This document shows positions 57,575 through 64,000 of a DNA stretch of 64,000 nucleotides, piece by piece. Source of the stretch: an uncultured Bacteroidota bacterium (GTDB lineage Bacteria; Bacteroidota; Bacteroidia; Bacteroidales; CG2-30-32-10). Location of the stretch: positions 1,585-65,584 of the forward strand of contig CAISZK010000072.1 of assembly GCA_903889915.1 (NCBI GenBank), in the 5' to 3' direction. The notes below the pieces were generated by a model. It was given only the letters and a program-made list of their open reading frames with translations. It had not been told where the DNA came from and searched no databases. The position numbers and the translations under genes were made by a program. How positions within the stretch are numbered: position 1 is the first letter of the stretch; every line of letters starts with the position of its first letter.

Positions 57575-58230
57575 AGCTTTCAGTCTGTTTATAATTGAGA
57601 TTATTAATTTCACAATAAGTTTATTGAGTATCCGTTATTGTACCAGTTTAATTAATTTGATTATTTTTTTTGTGATGGAAAGAAAGACCTTATTACCTAA
57701 GTAACATTATAATGTGCCAGAGAATCCAACCTTATTATCTTATTAATTTACGATATTGTCAGAAGATTGGTGGAAACCGGAAATTAATTGAAATCATTAG
57801 AAATTGGAAATTTGTAGGGGAAAACACTCTGAATAATTCTGTGATTCTCCCTATAACTCTGAGAAGCAATTATAATAAAATCTGAGAAAATCGGACATTT
57901 TATGAAGGGGTTGCAAAGAATGGAAATTTTATAGCTTTTCCAAACACCGTATATATACAGTGCAATAAAAATAATGTCCACATCGAACTTGGTAAAAATA
58001 CTTAGTTTTACAGTCGGGAAATTAATAAGCTTATTAATATTTATTAAATGCCTGGTATAATTTTTGAATAATTTATCACAAACCACAACAACCTCATTTA
58101 CTGTCTATTTATTACTAATATCCGTATATCCACATGTTCATATTTAACTTTACCCCATTCTTTCCTTTCCCAATTTCCGTACACTAAAACCCATTTTATC
58201 AGCCTTAAAAAGCAAATTAAATTAACAATC

Positions 58231-58297
58231 TTAATGTATTCTTAATGTCTTCTTAATGTCTTCTTAATCTCTGGGCTTCTTAATATGTGCAAATTTG
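58231..58297 (+). promoter_or_regulatory. phased cTTAAt boxes plus -7-like box (CAAATTTG)
   Basis: TTAA cores at 58231, 58242, 58253 and 58264, plus an extra core at 58280. CAAATTTG starts at 58290, 26 bp after 58264. Confidence 0.45.
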
Positions 58298-58374
58298 CAA
58301 GGCTCAAAATTCAAGCTATTTATAAACTATATAAACTATAAACTAATAAAATATAATTAGTTAGCCCAAATAAA

Positions 58375-61300
58375 ATGTATAATTACCTAACTTATCAGAA
58401 GACATTAGTAAAACTACTTACGCTAGGACTCTTGTTTTTAATTTCAAACAGGAGTCTCGCATTAACAAACACCGCCTCTTCATCAGGAACATGGGAAACA
58501 ATATCCAACTGGTCTCTCGGCCATGTTCCACTAAGCAATGAAGATGTTGCAATTCCGGCAACAATTTTAGTCACAATAAATTCATCAGCAGTTTGCGCCA
58601 ACCTCTCCATCGTTGAATTGGGGCAGATCACAGTTAATTCAGGCTTTAGTCTGACCATTGGCGGAAACTTACTAAACAGCGGAACACTGACAGCCGGTGG
58701 AAACACTACCCTTGCTTTCAACGGGGCAGCCAATTCCTCTATTGCCGGTAACGGAAATTTCCTGGTCAATTACCTTGTCATGAATATGTCATCGAAAACT
58801 ACGATACTGGATGTTCAGTCACCCAATTTCATTAACGGGATCAATGCGGCTGCAGGATATAATTTCACTTTTACAAGTGGCACATTCAAGTATAACACTG
58901 TCGCTACTCTCAATGATTGTCATGATCTGAATTCAGCCTCATCTTTAACAATACCTTTTAATGCGATCATTGAATCTGATAAAGGTATCTTTAACCTTTG
59001 CCCGAATGGTGCAAACTATGCAGTCATCCTTTCAGGGAAATTGTTTATCAATGGCGGAACTGTGAATGTTCAGGGCGGACAAGGATACAATGCAGGTTTC
59101 GACTTTGACTACTATGTGAATGGAGGAACACCTCAGTTATATGTTACTTCAGGCATTTTAAGTGTAGGTGGAGGGTTTCATGCCTATAGTGGCAACGATT
59201 TTATTGATTTCAACATGTCAGGTGGTGAAATTACAGTAGCAGATAAAGGAATGTCAGTTAATTATTCTTTCCAGTTAGCCAATGTAACCGGAGGAAGCAC
59301 CATCATGACGGGAGGGACCATCATAATAGAAGATGCATGCAATGTGAACCTGCCAGACATTGATATGGGCGGAGCCAATGTTTCTCCTTATTCCGTAACA
59401 GGTGGAACCGTTCAATTTGGAAATGCCCAGTCGCAGGGAGGGTCAACTTATTTCGGGATTCAACCAAACGGAGCGCACAATTATCCAAATCTTGATTTTG
59501 AAGGAGGAATAGCAAAAAATGTTAGCCCCTGGACAGGCGGCGACTTCAGTGTGATCAGTATGTATATTTGCCCGGCTATGACATTTGATATCTCAAGTTA
59601 TAATCCCAATGTTACTTTCACAGGTTCGAATGGAACTTTTGCACTGAACAATTCAGGAACTTTTAATATGGGAACCGGAACTTTTACTTTTAAAAGTTCA
59701 ACAGTACCTCAACTTGTCACTGGAACTTCAACCATCACTTTCGGCAGCAACTTGGTTATTGATAATCCAAAAGGTGTTACTTTACAAATCCCAACCACAG
59801 TCACAGGAACGCTTTATCTTACAAATGGTAACTTGCTGATCATGTATAAGTCAATTATCTTTCAGAATGGAAATCTTCCAATAGTCAGAACCAACGGAAC
59901 AATGTCGTACAATTCGACTGCAAACCTTGTTTTTGGAACTCCAGGCAACACAGGAGGAGCGCCTTTCTCTGTTCCCGCTGGTACCTTCTTTAACGGATTG
60001 CCCCTTGATACACTTTCAATAAACCGCGATAATACACTTGCTCTGAACACAAGCATTGTTGTAAACGGAACCCTTATCCTTACCAAAGGAACTCTTGACA
60101 TAAGCGGGGTAACTGTTACTTTTCAGGACGGCAATAATCCCATTTCAGCAGAATCAGGGTCAATTATTACTTCGCCTTCAACAAATATTATTTTCGGGAC
60201 TCCGGGACACACAGGCGGCAGTGCAAGCACTATTCCCACCGGAGCATTTGCAGGAACACCTTCGTTCAACAATTTTTCAATTTACAGAACCAATGCTTTG
60301 ACTTTAGGCCAGAATATTATTATTAACGGAACCTTCACCATGAATAGTGGAAGATTGAACCTGGCAGGAAACACACTCACACTGGGAACATCCGTTTCAA
60401 GTCCCGGTACTTTGGTTCATTCAGGAACGGCCGCAAGCGGATGGATATATGGTGGAAACTTCACAAGGTATTTTAATACCAATACTGTTGCCGACAGAGA
60501 TATTACAGGTTTGTTCCCAATGGGAAGTGCTGCCGATTTCAGACCTCTCTATATTTCGCACCCTAATGTAGCCCTCACCTCTGGTGGCACCATTTCAGTG
60601 ACACATACTCCTAAAACAACAGCAGTGAATGTCAATTTTCAGGACAGCACAAAAACTATTGTCCGCAGAAACGATTCTTACTGGACAATCAGCGCAACCG
60701 ATGGAATGGCAGTGGCCGGAACTCCTTTCAACATCAGTGTGGAAGGTACAGCTTTCGGTCTTGTTAACAACGTAAATGACCTGAGATTATCACAGATTGG
60801 AAGCGTCGTGGGAAAAGCGGGCATAAACGGTGGAACCACACTGAATCCACAAATCAACAGAAACGGACTTTCTTTGCAAAATCTTGCAAACAATTTTTAT
60901 CCTGCTTCCGTAAGCTGGGACTCACCACTCCCTATTCAGCTTATTAGTTTTGACGCAGCATGCAATGGTGACAAAGTTAACCTGAATTGGGCAACAGCTT
61001 CTGAGACCAATAATGATTTCTTTACTGTTTATAAAAGTAAAGATGCTGCAACCTGGATTGAGTTAACAACGGTTGCCAGTGCCGGAAACAGCAATGAGAT
61101 TAAAAACTATTCTTTTGTTGACAACGATTATGATGGAAATGTTACTTATTACAGGCTTAAACAAACAGATTTTAATGGCAGCAGTACCTTCTTCAACAGC
61201 ACTTCCGTTGACTGTTCCAAAACAATAGTTCCTTCAGTGACGATATATCCCAATCCATTCAGTGTGCAGGCAACAATTGCCATTGATGATGCTTCACCAA

Positions 61301-61476
61301 CCAACATTTATGAGATCAGCATTTACAATATTCTGGGTGCAGAATTAAGACATTCCATTATTACCAACCAGTTGACAACAATAGAAACTGGCGATCTCCC
61401 TTCAGGAATTTATTCTTACAGGGTGACCAGTAACGATAAAGTGATTCAATCAGGAAAATTGATCTCACAGCAATAG
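58375..61476 (+). CDS. large T9SS-sorted surface protein, paralog 2
   Basis: 1033 aa and colinear with 54476..57574 along its whole length (by eye roughly two thirds identical), with the same N- and C-terminal modules. Confidence 0.85.
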   Translation: MYNYLTYQKTLVKLLTLGLLFLISNRSLALTNTASSSGTWETISNWSLGHVPLSNEDVAIPATILVTINSSAVCANLSIVELGQITVNSGFSLTIGGNLLNSGTLTAGGNTTLAFNGAANSSIAGNGNFLVNYLVMNMSSKTTILDVQSPNFINGINAAAGYNFTFTSGTFKYNTVATLNDCHDLNSASSLTIPFNAIIESDKGIFNLCPNGANYAVILSGKLFINGGTVNVQGGQGYNAGFDFDYYVNGGTPQLYVTSGILSVGGGFHAYSGNDFIDFNMSGGEITVADKGMSVNYSFQLANVTGGSTIMTGGTIIIEDACNVNLPDIDMGGANVSPYSVTGGTVQFGNAQSQGGSTYFGIQPNGAHNYPNLDFEGGIAKNVSPWTGGDFSVISMYICPAMTFDISSYNPNVTFTGSNGTFALNNSGTFNMGTGTFTFKSSTVPQLVTGTSTITFGSNLVIDNPKGVTLQIPTTVTGTLYLTNGNLLIMYKSIIFQNGNLPIVRTNGTMSYNSTANLVFGTPGNTGGAPFSVPAGTFFNGLPLDTLSINRDNTLALNTSIVVNGTLILTKGTLDISGVTVTFQDGNNPISAESGSIITSPSTNIIFGTPGHTGGSASTIPTGAFAGTPSFNNFSIYRTNALTLGQNIIINGTFTMNSGRLNLAGNTLTLGTSVSSPGTLVHSGTAASGWIYGGNFTRYFNTNTVADRDITGLFPMGSAADFRPLYISHPNVALTSGGTISVTHTPKTTAVNVNFQDSTKTIVRRNDSYWTISATDGMAVAGTPFNISVEGTAFGLVNNVNDLRLSQIGSVVGKAGINGGTTLNPQINRNGLSLQNLANNFYPASVSWDSPLPIQLISFDAACNGDKVNLNWATASETNNDFFTVYKSKDAATWIELTTVASAGNSNEIKNYSFVDNDYDGNVTYYRLKQTDFNGSSTFFNSTSVDCSKTIVPSVTIYPNPFSVQATIAIDDASPTNIYEISIYNILGAELRHSIITNQLTTIETGDLPSGIYSYRVTSNDKVIQSGKLISQQ

Positions 61477-61510
61477 TTTGAATATTGTTTTATTTTAAGG
61501 GTAGTTAGTG

Positions 61511-61550
61511 AAAAGAGGAAAAATTAAGTTTTTTCCTCTTTTGCTTTTTC
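61511..61550 (+). terminator. rho-independent terminator
   Basis: Stem aaaagaggaaaaa (61511-61523) / tttttcctctttt (61530-61542), followed by a T-rich tail. Confidence 0.65.
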
Positions 61551-61699
61551 AGGAAAATGTTTTCTTCCCTCTGGAAGACTTAAATTGAACGAAGAAAAGA
61601 CCAATTACCAACTTTGTAAAAGTACAGTAAACTTTCGGGAATATTTCGCCACCAAAATCCTTATTTAATAGATGTTATATCAGGAAGTGCCATTCCTCA

Positions 61700-61766
61700 T
61701 TAACTTCTTTTTAACCTTCACTTAATTGTACTTTAATTCTACCATTCTCTATTCTAATTACTTTTG
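61700..61766 (+). promoter_or_regulatory. phased TTAA boxes plus -7 box (TACTTTTG)
   Basis: TTAA cores at 61700, 61711, 61722 and 61733. TACTTTTG starts at 61759 (26 bp after the last core). Confidence 0.5.
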
Positions 61767-61879
61767 TAAAATTTTTATTTATAAATACAATTTATCAAAT
61801 GGAGGTGAATATGAAAAACGACCTATTTTTATTTGAGAAAAGAACTGCATTCTTGAACAGGAATAATAAAAAAGGTCTT

Positions 61880-63838
61880 ATGAAAAGACTTAAATACTTA
61901 TTCCTACCGGTAATATTTCTAACCCTAAACCTGCTTTCAACAGTGAAAGCACAGGATGTAGAAAGAACCATGCCAACCTGGTGGTGGGGGGCTTCAGTTG
62001 CAGCCAATTTAAACAGGTACGATGGAACAACACAAATGTTGAATTCATCAATGACAACCCCGGTTGCATTTCATGATGCAAGAGGAGTTGCTCCTTATGG
62101 CTCCCTGTTCGCAGAATACCAAAAAAGCAAAATGTGGGGGCTTATGCTTAATGTCGCTTATGATGGAAGATGGGCAAGTTTTACCCATACTACCGTCCCA
62201 CCCGACAATCACCATGCTGAATTGAGCACAATGATGAGTTATCTTTCAATTGAACCCAGTTTTAAATTCATGCCTTTCAAACAGGGCTTTTATTTGTTTC
62301 TGGGACCGGAAGTCAATTTCAATGTTGATAAACAATTCAGATATGAAAATGAAGATACGAGAGCCAATACCAAAGCTGATATAAGTAGTGTCCGAAACAC
62401 AATAGTTTCAGCACAACTTGGAGCAGGTTATGATTTTCTGGTTAGTTCCAGAACCAACAATACCTGGGTTGAATTATCGCCATTCATTTCTTACCAGTCG
62501 AATTTCGGAACAGAAATCAGGTATGGACAGGATTTGGATCTGATGACTGCAAGGGCCGGGGTTGCCGTTAAATTTGGAAGATCAAAAGAAATGGTAAAAC
62601 CCGTAGTGCAGGAAGTCCCGCCTGTTGTTATTCCGGAAAAAGAAGTTAAGTTCTCTGTTGTATCTCCGGGAACGATCAACATGAAACGTAATGTCAAAGA
62701 AACTTTCCCATTAAGGAACTATATATTTTTCGACAACAATTCAACAACCATTCCCAGCAGATATGCAACGATCACAAAGGAAGAAGCTCCCGGATTCAGG
62801 GAAAACCAATTGCTGAATCTTGCAACAGCAGATGTTACCGGTCCTTTGACGCAACAGTTAAATGTGTATTACAACATTTTGAACATTATTGGCTCCCGAA
62901 TGAGAGACAATGCAGGATCAACTATTATGCTGATAGGTTCAAATTCAATGGGTGCTGCACAGGGCAATCAGTTGGCCATGGAGGTCAAGAATTATCTTGT
63001 CAACACTTTTGCAATTGATGGCTCAAGGATCATGACTGAAGGACGCGTAAAACCACTTGTTCCCTCAGAAGAAGCAGGATTTATGGCTTATATAGACGAG
63101 CAGCGTGTTGAAGATAACAGGGTGGATATCACTTCAACTTCTCCGGGTCTGCTAATGGAAGCCGGAACCAGTGATTCTACGCTGATGAATCCTGTTCAAT
63201 TGGTGACAGTGCAGGAAGACCCTATGGATAATAATGTGGTTTTCGATGCCGATGGTGCAACTGAAGCTTTAAATTCATGGAACATCGAGATCACTGATCA
63301 AAATGGCAAGATGCAGACTTATGGACCATACATGCAAGACAAGGTGAACCTTTCGGGTAAAACCATTTTAGGTGATGCTTACCAGGGCAACTATACTGTT
63401 ACCATGGTAGGTCAGACAAAAAGCGGAAAAGAAGTGCGCAAAGTAAGCACGATGAGCCTTGTCCGTAAAGATGAAACAGAAACAGGGTTACGGTTCAGCA
63501 TACTTTTCGATTTCGATAAATATGTTACCGTTGGTACCTACAAAGATTTTCTGTCGAATGTGGTTGCTCCGTTGATCCCCGATTCAGGGAAAGTGATCAT
63601 ACAGGGACATACTGACATAATTGGGCAGAAAGATTACAACCAAAAATTATCCGAAAACAGAGCTGATGAAGTTAAAAACATACTGATGACCTGTACATTG
63701 AAAGATGGCAAAAAAAGTGTGGATTATACAACTTATGGCTTTGGTCAGGATGAAACGAAAGCTCCTTTTGCAAATAAACTTCCTGAAGAGCGTTGCTATA
63801 ACAGGACAGTTATTATTGATATTATTCCAAAAGAATAA
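61880..63838 (+). CDS. OmpA-family outer-membrane protein (N-terminal beta-barrel-like, degenerate plus canonical OmpA-like domains)
   Basis: The ATG at 61880 gives the signal peptide MKRLKYLFLPVIFLTLNLLSTVKAQ. C-terminus IIQGHTDIIGQKDYNQKLSENRADEVKNIL is a canonical OmpA_C motif. The middle segment NYIFFDNNSTTIPSRY...GNQLAMEVKNYL looks like a second, degenerate copy. Confidence 0.8.
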   Translation: MKRLKYLFLPVIFLTLNLLSTVKAQDVERTMPTWWWGASVAANLNRYDGTTQMLNSSMTTPVAFHDARGVAPYGSLFAEYQKSKMWGLMLNVAYDGRWASFTHTTVPPDNHHAELSTMMSYLSIEPSFKFMPFKQGFYLFLGPEVNFNVDKQFRYENEDTRANTKADISSVRNTIVSAQLGAGYDFLVSSRTNNTWVELSPFISYQSNFGTEIRYGQDLDLMTARAGVAVKFGRSKEMVKPVVQEVPPVVIPEKEVKFSVVSPGTINMKRNVKETFPLRNYIFFDNNSTTIPSRYATITKEEAPGFRENQLLNLATADVTGPLTQQLNVYYNILNIIGSRMRDNAGSTIMLIGSNSMGAAQGNQLAMEVKNYLVNTFAIDGSRIMTEGRVKPLVPSEEAGFMAYIDEQRVEDNRVDITSTSPGLLMEAGTSDSTLMNPVQLVTVQEDPMDNNVVFDADGATEALNSWNIEITDQNGKMQTYGPYMQDKVNLSGKTILGDAYQGNYTVTMVGQTKSGKEVRKVSTMSLVRKDETETGLRFSILFDFDKYVTVGTYKDFLSNVVAPLIPDSGKVIIQGHTDIIGQKDYNQKLSENRADEVKNILMTCTLKDGKKSVDYTTYGFGQDETKAPFANKLPEERCYNRTVIIDIIPKE

Positions 63839-63891
63839 TGTGTTTTATTAGTATCAAAACAACATCTTTTTCATAAAAGGATGAGAAAAAT

Positions 63892-63935
63892 AAAGGGATG
63901 GCAGGCAACATGAATGTCATCCCTTATTTTTTTAT
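63892..63935 (+). terminator. rho-independent terminator
   Basis: Stem aagggatg (63893-63900) / catccctt (63918-63925), followed by a T-run. Confidence 0.5.
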
Positions 63936-64000
63936 TCAGAAAATTTATCAAACACAGACTTTGATAAATGTATCCAATAACCTAATGTACATTGGCTTAT

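Noticed and set aside
57784-58086. 100-aa minus-strand ORF between the T9SS paralogs, and the 91-aa ORF at 19741..20016
   Set aside because: They are AT-rich and low-complexity, with no start context or motifs. They lie in regions that are duplicated regulatory DNA or repeat-rich spacer.

Overview
AT-rich chromosomal segment that looks like Bacteroidota. The evidence is T9SS C-terminal sorting domains, TAnnTTTG-type -7 promoter boxes and a PorZ-like propeller protein. From left to right the window contains the following. (1) Two T9SS cargo genes and an FNR-like flavoprotein. (2) A complete nuoA-N complex I operon in 13 genes, with fused nuoCD and a long 910-aa NuoG. It is interrupted twice by a roughly 100-bp hairpin-module repeat. 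(3) A repeat-rich, gene-poor stretch at 18.5-20.8 kb. (4) A HEAT-repeat gene followed by a full pentose-phosphate operon (tal-gnd-zwf-pgl-tkt). (5) tRNA-Arg(CCG), a PorZ-like gene, recO and an envelope glycosylation cluster (YfhO-like, GT-C-like, methyltransferase, GT2). (6) glyQS. (7) An accessory, defence-type island with a DUF4143 ATPase, a tail-less SSB, and a Type I R-M operon (hsdM-hsdS-126 aa unknown-DUF262/DUF1524 GmrSD-like-hsdR). The island also holds a small HTH-like gene, a 14-unit 21-bp palindromic array, and a stand-alone LytTR protein with phased direct repeats upstream of an unknown 259-aa gene. (8) Two tandem paralogous ~1030-aa T9SS surface proteins and a two-domain OmpA-family protein. 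No transposase, integrase, CRISPR array or rRNA was seen. The most unusual content is non-coding: three 21-bp-period arrays, several heptamer microsatellites, and a promoter class with cTTAAt boxes phased at exactly 11 bp and fixed 26 bp from the -7 box. All protein calls rest on motifs read by eye, with no database search.
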